Shown: piece by piece, positions 9,381-18,580 of the stretch
Layout of the letters: each line of letters opens with the position of its first letter
How positions within the stretch are numbered: position 1 is the first letter of the stretch
DNA from: Spirochaetota bacterium
Lineage (GTDB): Bacteria; Spirochaetota; UBA4802; UBA5550
Assembly (NCBI GenBank): GCA_963664815.2
Contig: CAXXHB010000003.1
Location: 1,248,001-1,312,000 of the forward strand
Direction of reading: 5' to 3'
DNA length: 64,000 nt
The notes under the pieces: model-generated
What the model was told of the DNA's origin: nothing
The model's database searches: none
What the model saw: only the letters and a program-made list of their open reading frames with translations
Made by a program: the position numbers and the translations under genes

Positions 9381-11246
9381 ATGTCTCAGACTTCCCTGAA
9401 AGTCAAGATGCTTGAAGCATTCCGTAAAAGAATGCTTATATTCATCATTTGTGTTTCCTCTGCTTTTGCAATTCTGGCTCTGCAACTTGTCAACCTTCAG
9501 CTGATTCACGGTAAGGAATATAGTCTCAGAGCAACTATGAATATGGAGAATAATATACCTATTCCAGCGCCTAGGGGAGAGATATATGACAGGCATTTTG
9601 TAAAGGGAGTTTCAGGGACAGTTATTGTTTCAAACCGCCCTTCATTTAACCTGACTACAATACCTGAACATTTCAAGTCAGATCCTGAGTTAAAGGAGGT
9701 GCTGACAAGGCTTTCAAGGGTTGTGGAAATTAATCCGGAGGATGTTTTTGATGAAATTAAAAGCTCCAATCCATGGGAAAGGTTTCTGCTTAAAGATGAC
9801 GTAACATTTGATGTTGTAGAGAAAGTTGCATCACATAAAAATTCATTTCCAAACATTCACTGGGAGGATGCGCCGGTGAGGGTTTATAATTATGGTGAGA
9901 TGTTTGCTCATGCTGTCGGTTACACCGGCAGCCTGAACAAGGATGAATATAACAGTCTTAAAGCTCAGGGGTATAAATATTACCAGAGTATTGGGAAAGC
10001 GGGTATTGAAAAACAGTATGATAAGCTGCTCAGGGGGGAAGATGGATTTATACGCAGAGTTGTGGATGTAAACAACAGAACTGAAAATGAAGAGGTAGGG
10101 CAGACTCCTTTCAGTGGAAACAACATTGCTATGACTATTGACTATGAAATACAACAAGCTGCTTTTAATGCTCTTGGGGAAAATTATGGGACTGTAATTG
10201 TATTGAAGCCTTCAACCGGTGAAATTATCGCATTAATCAGCAAACCCGGTTTTGATCCGAATGCAATTATTTCAAAAGATAATTCACAAATAATAAAGGA
10301 TTTAAATGCAGATCCCAAAAAACCATTTTTAAACAGATCTATTCAATCAAGATATCCCCCGGCTTCAACATTTAAACTTGTAACTGCCATAGCAGCTCTT
10401 GAAACAGAAAAAACCTACGCGGATAAAACTTATTACTGTTCGGGGAAGTATACACTTAAGGGTTATGTAGATCATGATTTTTACTGTTTCAGGCCTCATG
10501 ATACACTTAACCTTTATTGGGCAATAGGTAAGTCGTGCAGTGTTTATTTTTATAATCTGGGTATGAGTGTCGGTCCCAGTATGATAATGAAGTATGCTGC
10601 CTATCTTGGGTTAAATGAAATTACAGGTATTGATATTCCGGGTGAAATCTCAGGATTTATACCGTCTCAGAGATGGAAGCTTAAAACATTCGGGCAGCCC
10701 TGGTTTGATGGGGATACTATAAACATGTCAATCGGGCAGGGATTTCTCGCTGTAACTCCAATAGAAATGGCAAATATGATGTGCGGCGTAGTAAATAATG
10801 GCATTGTGTATAAACCGTATATTGTTAAGCAGATTTTTTCACCTGATAACAGAACCGTAATAAGTGAAACAAAGAAGGAAAAGTTACGAGAAATCCCTCT
10901 TGCTCCGACCACTATTAATACTATAAAGCAGGGTATGAGATATGGTGCACAGGGTGGAACATCTTCCCTGCTTAATCATTTTAAAATACCTGTTGCCGGA
11001 AAAACCGGAACCGCACAGACAAGATCAAACAGGAAGGAAAATGTATCTCAGCATGCTTGGTTTCTGGGATTTGCACCATTCATTGAGGGGGAGACAACAG
11101 AAGATTCTATAGTAGTTCTTGTTTTTATTGAATATGGGCAGTGGGGAGCGGTTGCAGCAGTTCCCGTAGCAGAAAAAATATTTGGTAAACTGATTCAACA
11201 GGGATATTTTAAAAATCAGGAAAAAGAAATTACTCCAAGGAAGTAG
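9381..11246 (+). CDS. mrdA: Penicillin-binding protein 2
   Basis: APRGEIYDR; SxxK (STFK), SCSV in place of SxN, KTGTAQ; synteny. Confidence 0.95.
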   Translation: MSQTSLKVKMLEAFRKRMLIFIICVSSAFAILALQLVNLQLIHGKEYSLRATMNMENNIPIPAPRGEIYDRHFVKGVSGTVIVSNRPSFNLTTIPEHFKSDPELKEVLTRLSRVVEINPEDVFDEIKSSNPWERFLLKDDVTFDVVEKVASHKNSFPNIHWEDAPVRVYNYGEMFAHAVGYTGSLNKDEYNSLKAQGYKYYQSIGKAGIEKQYDKLLRGEDGFIRRVVDVNNRTENEEVGQTPFSGNNIAMTIDYEIQQAAFNALGENYGTVIVLKPSTGEIIALISKPGFDPNAIISKDNSQIIKDLNADPKKPFLNRSIQSRYPPASTFKLVTAIAALETEKTYADKTYYCSGKYTLKGYVDHDFYCFRPHDTLNLYWAIGKSCSVYFYNLGMSVGPSMIMKYAAYLGLNEITGIDIPGEISGFIPSQRWKLKTFGQPWFDGDTINMSIGQGFLAVTPIEMANMMCGVVNNGIVYKPYIVKQIFSPDNRTVISETKKEKLREIPLAPTTINTIKQGMRYGAQGGTSSLLNHFKIPVAGKTGTAQTRSNRKENVSQHAWFLGFAPFIEGETTEDSIVVLVFIEYGQWGAVAAVPVAEKIFGKLIQQGYFKNQEKEITPRK

Positions 11247-11249
11247 CTG

Positions 11250-12566
11250 ATGTTTAACAGAGATTTTTTCAATAAAATGGATGTTGTTCTGATTGGTGCG
11301 GTATTCCTGTGTATTATATTCGGCATTTTGATGATATATAGTGCGGGTTTTGATCCTGCGGCAGCTGCTAATAAAGGATTATATAAAAAACAGATAATCT
11401 GGTTTATTATAGGCATTGTTTTCATGGCAGGTATGTCTATTATTAATTACAGAATACTGGGTGATTATGCTTTATCTATTTATGCTTTTTTTATCTTTAT
11501 ATTACTGGTAACTACAATTTTTGGGCGGCCTATTCGCGGCACATCGGCATGGCTTACCTTCGGAATTTTCTCTATTCAGCCTTCAGAGTTTATGAAACTC
11601 AGTGTGGTGATTCTTCTTGCCAAATTTCTTGAACTTCGGGAAAGGGATATCAAGAATTTCAGGGAACTCCTGATTCCGTCATTAATAACATTTATTCCGG
11701 TTTTAATAATATTAAAACAGCCCGATTTCGGGACGGCCGCGATTTTTATTCCAGTATTATTTACAATGCTTTTTTTGGGTGGAGCGGATGTATCGCATCT
11801 TGTTTCAATTATTTTAATTGCAGTAATTGCGCTTGTTTTTCCTATGCTTTTAACATACTGGGAATGGGCAGGTTATAAGGGTGGGAATTTTTTAGTTCAA
11901 TTGTTTGTTCATGTTGATGTGCTTTTTACAGTAGCAGGCATTCTGCTTCTGACGGCTGTATCAGCTTTTATTACTCATTACTTTGTAAATAAAAGTTTTT
12001 TAAGAAGGATTTATATTCCGGCAACTGTTGTTTCACTGGGACTTTTTTTATCTGTAGTAATTCAGAAATGGTTTAAAGATTATCAGAAAAAAAGAATACT
12101 TGTGTTTCTAAATCCAGATCTGGATCCTCATGGTTCCGGTTATAATATAATTCAGTCTAAGGTTGCTATCGGTTCAGGCGGTTTCCTGGGAAAGGGGTTT
12201 GTTCATGGAACACAAACTCAGCTTGGTTTTCTTCCGGAAAAAACTTCTGATTTTATCTTTGCAGTTGTTGCTGAAGAACTCGGTTTTATAGGGGCTATTA
12301 TTCTTCTGATACTCCTCGGCATAATAATCTATCGGGGAATTCAAATTGCACTTGAAACAAAAGATAAATTCGGAGCATTACTTGCAATAGGTATTATTTC
12401 CATTCTGTTTTTCCATATATTGGTAAATATAGGTATGGTAATAGGTATTATGCCGGTTACAGGTCTTCCCCTTTCGTTTTTTTCATACGGAGGTTCTAAC
12501 CTTTTCATGATAATGATGGGGATTGGAATTCTTAATAATATAAATATGAATAAATCTTTATATTAG
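11250..12566 (+). CDS. rodA: SEDS peptidoglycan glycosyltransferase RodA
   Basis: IQPSEFMK, QPDFGTA, AIGSGG, FLPEKTSDFIF, SYGGS motifs. Confidence 0.96.
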   Translation: MFNRDFFNKMDVVLIGAVFLCIIFGILMIYSAGFDPAAAANKGLYKKQIIWFIIGIVFMAGMSIINYRILGDYALSIYAFFIFILLVTTIFGRPIRGTSAWLTFGIFSIQPSEFMKLSVVILLAKFLELRERDIKNFRELLIPSLITFIPVLIILKQPDFGTAAIFIPVLFTMLFLGGADVSHLVSIILIAVIALVFPMLLTYWEWAGYKGGNFLVQLFVHVDVLFTVAGILLLTAVSAFITHYFVNKSFLRRIYIPATVVSLGLFLSVVIQKWFKDYQKKRILVFLNPDLDPHGSGYNIIQSKVAIGSGGFLGKGFVHGTQTQLGFLPEKTSDFIFAVVAEELGFIGAIILLILLGIIIYRGIQIALETKDKFGALLAIGIISILFFHILVNIGMVIGIMPVTGLPLSFFSYGGSNLFMIMMGIGILNNINMNKSLY

Positions 12567-12768
12567 TTTTGTGTACTACCCGTCAAATCTCCACGCTTTA
12601 GCTCTTATTTGATAAACAAAAGACTGCTTTTTTTTTAATTTCAATTCAGTAAAATCTGTTCTTTAACGATAATAGACATTAAGAAGCATATATATTTGCA
12701 CTCTATAAATGGCAGTTATATTATATATTGCCGTTTTTAATTTGTTAGTTAATTATTCAAAGGAGTAA

Positions 12769-14271
12769 TTGATGTTTGATCAGACAAAAGTAAATCATAA
12801 AAGTTTTATAAATCCTGTAAAGATTCCGGAAAGGGAGATAAGGGAAGAATCTTCACAAAAAACAAGCAATGAATTTTTTTCGATGATCATGAATACATTA
12901 GAAATTAGCGACAGGAATAGTAGGGTTGATAATAATCAAAAGTCAGGGGAACAAAAGAATGAAGTGGAAGTTGAGTTGTCAAACAATGAGCAGATCAATT
13001 CTTCACAGAAAAATTCAGGAATTTACGATACTTTAACCCGTAAAGAAAATTCATCTAATGGAAATAATGATAAAGTGAAAGAAAATTCATCGGATGGATA
13101 TAATGACAATGTAAAAGAAAGCAGGGTGTCTGAAAATAAAATCGAAATAAGCAAGGATGTATCTCCTAAAGATATAAAAGATAAGAGTCAGATCTCTTTA
13201 AAAGATATTAAAGATAAAGAAGGAAAAATTAAAAATCATGATGAAGAGAAAACTATATTAAACCAGTTTAATATTAATATTAAAAATATTATGGAAATAC
13301 TGAGATCTGCTTTTAACGGAAATAAAAAAGCGGAAGAAGAAAATTTTCAGAAATTATTCAGTAATTTTAAACATAAAACTGATAAAGATAATTCATATAA
13401 AGGCATGAAAAAGATTGATGCTGGTAACAATCATAAAACATCAAATGAATTTTCAGAATTACAGTCGAAAAACTTTAAAGAAATAATCACCAGAGAATTG
13501 TTTAAAGCAATTGAAAGCAAAAAATCAGGCGGTAAACAAATTAAACTGACGGACAGTGAGTTGAAAGAACTGGCGGTTAATATAATTAATAATTTAAAGA
13601 AAAGCAGAGTAAATGAGGTAGTTAAACACGAAATTCGAAATTCAAATGATGATAATAAAAATGAAAAAAAACCTGTTATTTCCGTTGATCAGCAGTTGCT
13701 GAAAAAAAGTGAGATCAGGGATGATGCATCTTTTGATAAAAATGGAGCCAGAGATAAAAATCAGGGGAAAGAAAACTTCAACTTTAATAACAGCAGAATA
13801 GATTTTCAAACAAAATCAGCTTTTGAACGCTTAGAACTGAACAATAAAATGCCCGATTTCAAGGAAAACCTTCAGGAAATTATAGATAAGGCAAAAGTTA
13901 CCATTCGAGACAACCGTAATGGCGCGTTTACAGTGAGATTAAATCCTCAGGAACTTGGAAATGTAAATGTTAACTTGATTATGGAAAATGGTGTAATCAC
14001 CGGGAAGTTTCTTGTCGATAATGAAGATGTTAAGAGTATGCTTGTCAGCAGTCTTAATGATCTGAAGTACCAGCTGGAGGAGGCAGGCATATCAGTTGGT
14101 GATTTCAGTGTAAATGTAAATGATCAGCGTGAAAAATATCTGAGGCAGAAAGATGAAGAGAAGTTTAACAAATTATCAATAGTTAATTCAGAAAAAGATT
14201 TAATGGCCGCTACCGACCAGTATAATTCAGGCAGTGAGACATATACCGGCCATATCAATATGATAATATAG
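12769..14271 (+). CDS. fliK: Flagellar hook-length control protein FliK
   Basis: Low-complexity N-terminus; C-terminal VRLNPQELGNVNV domain; upstream of flgD. Start may be ATG 12772. Confidence 0.88.
   Translation: MMFDQTKVNHKSFINPVKIPEREIREESSQKTSNEFFSMIMNTLEISDRNSRVDNNQKSGEQKNEVEVELSNNEQINSSQKNSGIYDTLTRKENSSNGNNDKVKENSSDGYNDNVKESRVSENKIEISKDVSPKDIKDKSQISLKDIKDKEGKIKNHDEEKTILNQFNINIKNIMEILRSAFNGNKKAEEENFQKLFSNFKHKTDKDNSYKGMKKIDAGNNHKTSNEFSELQSKNFKEIITRELFKAIESKKSGGKQIKLTDSELKELAVNIINNLKKSRVNEVVKHEIRNSNDDNKNEKKPVISVDQQLLKKSEIRDDASFDKNGARDKNQGKENFNFNNSRIDFQTKSAFERLELNNKMPDFKENLQEIIDKAKVTIRDNRNGAFTVRLNPQELGNVNVNLIMENGVITGKFLVDNEDVKSMLVSSLNDLKYQLEEAGISVGDFSVNVNDQREKYLRQKDEEKFNKLSIVNSEKDLMAATDQYNSGSETYTGHINMII
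13042..13120 (+). repeat. 36-bp imperfect tandem duplication within fliK
   Basis: Encodes KENSSNGNNDKV / KENSSDGYNDNV / KE. Confidence 0.7.
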
Positions 14272-14281
14272 GAGTAATTGT

Positions 14282-14737
14282 ATGCAGGTTTATGAAATGA
14301 CAGCATTTGAAAAAGCCAATACTGCCATGCAGGCTAATGAGGTTAATAAAAAAAATAAAACAGGTGAGCCTGGTGAAAAGAGCGGACTTGGAAAAGATTC
14401 TTTTCTTAAGCTGCTTGTCACAGAGCTTCGTCATCAGGATCCGACAAAACCGATGGAAGACAAGGAATTTATTGCACAGATGGCTCAGTTTTCAAGTCTT
14501 GAGCAGATGTCAAATCTGAATAAAGAAATGAAGAACCTTGTAAGCAGTTCTAAATCTGCGGAGGCTTATGGTATATTGGGAAGAGACATTGATGCTTACG
14601 ATCCTGTGCAAAAAAAACAGGTGCGGGGAACTGTAAACTCAGTATTCTACAAAGGGGAAGAACTGATGATTGGAGTGGGAAAAGAGGAAGTTTCCATTAA
14701 AAATATTCATTCAGTAAATGTAAAAGAAAATAAATAA
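14282..14737 (+). CDS. flgD: Flagellar hook assembly protein FlgD
   Basis: LGKDSFLKLLVTELRHQDPTKPM...AQMAQFSSLEQM. Confidence 0.96.
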   Translation: MQVYEMTAFEKANTAMQANEVNKKNKTGEPGEKSGLGKDSFLKLLVTELRHQDPTKPMEDKEFIAQMAQFSSLEQMSNLNKEMKNLVSSSKSAEAYGILGRDIDAYDPVQKKQVRGTVNSVFYKGEELMIGVGKEEVSIKNIHSVNVKENK

Positions 14738-14796
14738 GCTGCTGAAATGGAAATTTTTAAAGCAGACGATAATATTAAAAAAAGGAGTTATCTGAT

Positions 14797-16170
14797 ATGA
14801 TGCGTTCACTTTTTGCCGGTGTTTCAGGTTTGAAAAATCATCAGACAAGGATGGATGTTGTAGGTCACAATATATCGAATGTCAATACATATGGATATAA
14901 AACACAGAGGGTTACTTTTCAGGATATGTTGTCACAGACTATGGCAGGAGCCGCAAAACCGGATGAAAATAAGGGGGGTATCAATCCAAAGCAGGTTGGG
15001 CTGGGTATGACCATTGCTTCAATTGACAGGATTTTCACTCAGGGGAGTCTTCAGACTACAGGTAACCAGACTGATGTTGCGATTTCAGGTGATGGATTTT
15101 TTGTGGTTGCTGATGGGGAAAAAAACTTTTACACAAGATCCGGTACATTTGGTATTGATAAAAATGGGACGCTTGTAAATCCATCGAATGGATTGAAAGT
15201 ACAGGGGTGGATGGCCACTACTGATGCAAATGGACAAAAAATTGTAAGGGCAAACGGAGCAACAGAAGATATTATTGTTCCGGTTTATGGAAAAATTGAA
15301 GCTAAAGAAACAAATAATATAAGATACAAATGCAATCTTGATTCAAGAGCCGGTATAGTTCCCCAGGGTGCAAACGCAAAAATGAGAGCTTCGGCTGCAA
15401 TAACAACAAGTATAGATACCTATGATAAGAAGGGTGGAGAACACAGGCTTACAATGACATTCTGGAAGACGGGATTTAACCAGTGGACAGCATCAGCGGC
15501 AATTACAGGTGCAAACAGCCCAGTGACTCTTGATGTTCCGGCAGGGGGCGGACAAAACAATCAGGCCAACCCTTCAAGCAGAATAAATCTGAGGTTTTCC
15601 CCTGATGGGAAATTGATCTCTGTTGGAGATGGCTCAAGTCCTGACGAACTGAATCAGGGAACTCTTACCGTAAATGCAAACTACAGGGTTGAAGGGGATC
15701 CTAATGTAAGACAAATTGCATTAAATCTCGGAGAGGCAGGGGTTCTGTCCGGTATTACACAGTTTTCTTCAGGTTCAACAACAAAAGCTGTTGAGCAGGA
15801 TGGATATGCTATGGGGTATATGGAAACGTTTAATATAGATAATTCCGGTTTGATAACCGGTGTATTTTCAAATGGGACAAAACAGAGCATAGGGCAGATG
15901 GCGATGGCTGTATTTGCCAATCCACAGGGACTTTTAGCCTCAGGTGAAAACCGTTTTGAAGTATCAAACAACTCCGGGATACCGAATGTAGGAGCAGCAT
16001 CTGAAGCAGGAAGGGGAAAAATCATTGCCGGAACACTTGAAATGTCAAATGTTGATTTGTCTGACCAGTTTACTGACATGATTGTAACACAAAGAGGTTT
16101 CCAGGCAAATTCAAGAACCATAACAACTGCAGATCAGATGTTACAGGAAATAATTTCACTTAAGAGATAA
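14797..16170 (+). CDS. flgE: Flagellar hook protein FlgE
   Basis: MMRSLFAGVSGL, NISNVNTYGYK, LEMSNVDL...QRGFQANSR. Confidence 0.97.
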   Translation: MMRSLFAGVSGLKNHQTRMDVVGHNISNVNTYGYKTQRVTFQDMLSQTMAGAAKPDENKGGINPKQVGLGMTIASIDRIFTQGSLQTTGNQTDVAISGDGFFVVADGEKNFYTRSGTFGIDKNGTLVNPSNGLKVQGWMATTDANGQKIVRANGATEDIIVPVYGKIEAKETNNIRYKCNLDSRAGIVPQGANAKMRASAAITTSIDTYDKKGGEHRLTMTFWKTGFNQWTASAAITGANSPVTLDVPAGGGQNNQANPSSRINLRFSPDGKLISVGDGSSPDELNQGTLTVNANYRVEGDPNVRQIALNLGEAGVLSGITQFSSGSTTKAVEQDGYAMGYMETFNIDNSGLITGVFSNGTKQSIGQMAMAVFANPQGLLASGENRFEVSNNSGIPNVGAASEAGRGKIIAGTLEMSNVDLSDQFTDMIVTQRGFQANSRTITTADQMLQEIISLKR

Positions 16171-16195
16171 TAATTAAATAATTCATATATAAATT

Positions 16196-16230
16196 AGAAA
16201 AAACCCCAGTTTTAAAGGGGTTTTTTCTTT
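16196..16230 (+). terminator. Intrinsic (potentially bidirectional) terminator after flgE
   Basis: AGAAAAAACCCC-agttttaaa-GGGGTTTTTTCT. Confidence 0.75.
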
Positions 16231-16387
16231 CTTATGCCGGAAGTAATTTTTTTTTCTTGACTGTTTATTTATATTTTTTTTAGTTGAGTATTGTTGTTTT
16301 GTATTAAATAATTACTACAATTTCCCATGATAATGCAATATTATGTATTATGTCTTATAATTTACTGAATTTCCAAGGAGTATTTTA

Positions 16388-16669
16388 ATGTCCAAAGAGA
16401 AAATTTTCTGCTCAAATTGTATGCAGTGTATAGTAATCAGACAATATGAATCTGAGCCTGACAGGTATGTTTTAAGAGTAAAGTGTTTAAAAAAACAGTG
16501 GTCAAAAAGATCGGGTGAGGAGAAGCTTTATAAGTATTTCACTGTTGCAAGAAGAATAATGGATGAGTGTGAATACTACGAAGAATGCGGCGAACTGTTT
16601 CCATATATTAAAAATCTTAGAAAAGAACTGCCAATAAAGGATGAGATTTATTCCACTAAGGACGCATAA
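16388..16669 (+). CDS. Small Cys-containing hypothetical protein
   Basis: 93 aa, AAGGAG RBS, CxxCxxC plus three more Cys; followed by a stem-loop. Confidence 0.8.
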   Translation: MSKEKIFCSNCMQCIVIRQYESEPDRYVLRVKCLKKQWSKRSGEEKLYKYFTVARRIMDECEYYEECGELFPYIKNLRKELPIKDEIYSTKDA

Positions 16670-16681
16670 TCATCATTAGTC

Positions 16682-16713
16682 TCTTCTGAGGTGGATTTAT
16701 CCACTTCAGAAGA
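16682..16713 (+). terminator. Stem-loop downstream of the 16388 gene (terminator or stabiliser)
   Basis: TCTTCTGAGGTGGAT-tt-ATCCACTTCAGAAGA stem with one G-U pair; no U tract on the + strand. Confidence 0.5.
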
Positions 16714-16841
16714 AAACTCCAGATAAAACATGTAAATTGAAAACCTGTAAATTTTTCAGACACGTTATTAGAATAATAGCAGTGGTATTATTTATTGGAT
16801 AATACATGGAAAGATACTTTACAATATTATCCTGCTGAGTT

Positions 16842-16876
16842 TAGTATCATAAAGAATTGAATTCTTTATGATACTA
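16842..16876. repeat. Perfect 17-bp inverted repeat with 1-nt centre
   Basis: TAGTATCATAAAGAATT-G-AATTCTTTATGATACTA, 56 bp upstream of thyX. Confidence 0.95.
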
Positions 16877-16932
16877 TTTAGAAAATTAAAGGATAATAAA
16901 TATAGAAAGTAATCAAGTATGAGGAGTTTGAA

Positions 16933-17568
16933 ATGGAAATTCATCAGCCTGTTGTTCATCTTTTAGCAATTACTCCCGACGCTGAAAAATTGATTGAAGA
17001 GGCAGGACGTACCTGTTACCTCTCATTAGCAAAAATGACCGATGATAGTGAAAAGAATTTCATAAGGAGTGCTATCAAACGAGGACATCATTCAATACTT
17101 GAACATGCCACTGCTTCTTTCAGAATTTTAGGTGCATCAAGAACTTTTACGCACCAGATTGTGAGACATAGAATTGCCAGCTTTTCACAGCAGTCTCAGA
17201 GATATGTCGATGAGGCTGAATTCAACTATATTGTACCTCCTGAAATAAATTTAAACAACGAAGCGCTGAATGTTTACAGGGAGTTTATTGAATATTCACG
17301 GGAAACATATAACAAGCTTCGTGAATTAGGAATAAAAAAAGAGAATGCAAGATTTATTCTTCCAAATGCGCTGGAAAGCCAGATTGTTTTTTCGGCTAAT
17401 TTCAGAGAATTCAGAACAGTTTTTAACGTAAGGCTTGAGAAAGCAGCTCAGTGGGAAATTCGCAGGGTTTGTATGCAGATGCTTATTGCTCTCAAAGAAA
17501 AAGCTCCTTCTGTTTTTGGAGATTATGTTATTAATGAAGAGGATTGTACTGCTTATCCGGAGCTATGA
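16933..17568 (+). CDS. thyX: FAD-dependent thymidylate synthase
   Basis: RHRIASFSQQSQRY ThyX signature, GHHSILEH, AQWEIR. Confidence 0.97.
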   Translation: MEIHQPVVHLLAITPDAEKLIEEAGRTCYLSLAKMTDDSEKNFIRSAIKRGHHSILEHATASFRILGASRTFTHQIVRHRIASFSQQSQRYVDEAEFNYIVPPEINLNNEALNVYREFIEYSRETYNKLRELGIKKENARFILPNALESQIVFSANFREFRTVFNVRLEKAAQWEIRRVCMQMLIALKEKAPSVFGDYVINEEDCTAYPEL

Positions 17569-17714
17569 TTAAATAACTTGACTAAAATATGCAGTTATAA
17601 TACTAAATTGTTGTAGTGGACAATTGAATTTTTTTCGTTTCCTTATTTTGAGAGTGGATAAATTATTCTTTATTCCTGGAGATTAGCTGACTATTAAAAT
17701 CTGGAGGATTATGG

Positions 17715-17984
17715 ATGAAAGAATTTATAATTTCATTGTCATGTTTGTTGTTGTTCTTTTTACTTCAATGTGCAGGTGAGCAGAAAAATGCTTCGGTACC
17801 TGCAGTAGTTGCATGCAAAGAAAGGTGCAGCACAACATTTGATGAATGTATAAAAAAAGCGTTAAAGAGTGATAATGTTGCAAAAAAAGCGGCGTGTGAA
17901 GCCGTAAAAAATAAATGTTACAATGATTGTGAGATTAATCCGGAAGGGAAACCGGCTCGTAAAGGTAAGCCTGTTAAAAAATAG
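17715..17984 (+). CDS. Small Cys-rich putative lipoprotein
   Basis: GGAGG RBS; signal peptide ending FLLQC (lipobox-like); six Cys in the mature part; basic tail. Confidence 0.8.
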   Translation: MKEFIISLSCLLLFFLLQCAGEQKNASVPAVVACKERCSTTFDECIKKALKSDNVAKKAACEAVKNKCYNDCEINPEGKPARKGKPVKK

Positions 17985-17999
17985 TAATATATATTGCCT

Positions 18000-18036
18000 G
18001 AATAAAAAATCCCGGGTTCCCCGGGATTTTTTATTC
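18000..18036. terminator. Bidirectional intrinsic terminator
   Basis: GAATAAAAAATCCCGGG-ttc-CCCGGGATTTTTTATTC between convergent genes. Confidence 0.9.
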
Positions 18037-18056
18037 TATATAGAATTATTTACTGT

Positions 18057-18521
18057 TTATTTAAGTGCAATATTCATTTCCAGTTGCCCCATCGGGCTGT
18101 AAAGTGTAATTCCTAAGGTGGTCTGTTTTATCATTGTAATACTGAAATTTTTACCTTCAATTACTGTCGGTGTTGTAATATCAATAACTTTTCCTGTTGA
18201 GGCAAACAGGTTCATTGCATTACCAGTTATCATATTTGCAAGTTCACCGACGATGTCTTTAAATTCGTTTTTTATTTGTTCTTCGGATAGACCGGGAACC
18301 AGAACTGCTGCAATTTTTTCAACCATCGGATAGCTCATACTGTAGACAATTTCACCGGTAATTCCACCTGTAATACCAATTATAATCGCTATATCCATTG
18401 ATGGTAAAGGCGTATCTTTAATAATCAATTTACCTCTTCGAAGGTCTACGTTAAGTATTGATTTAAAAACAACACTTGCTGCTTCAAGAAAGGGATTAAT
18501 GTACTCAGCGTTTATACTCAT
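18057..18521 (-). CDS. cheX: Chemotaxis phosphatase CheX
   Basis: EYINPFLEAA, IIGITGG, GELANMITGNA, DITTPTVI motifs. Confidence 0.93.
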   Translation of the reverse strand: MSINAEYINPFLEAASVVFKSILNVDLRRGKLIIKDTPLPSMDIAIIIGITGGITGEIVYSMSYPMVEKIAAVLVPGLSEEQIKNEFKDIVGELANMITGNAMNLFASTGKVIDITTPTVIEGKNFSITMIKQTTLGITLYSPMGQLEMNIALK

Positions 18522-18580
18522 TCCGGTCGAGGCTCCTATTTATATTATATTGGATATATTACACTGTTGATTGAATATTA

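Noticed and set aside
16842-16876. Borrelia ResT-type replicated telomere (TAGTA box)
   Set aside because: The palindrome has an unpaired central base, TAGTA is in the opposite orientation to the ResT box 3, and the flanks are ordinary chromosomal genes.
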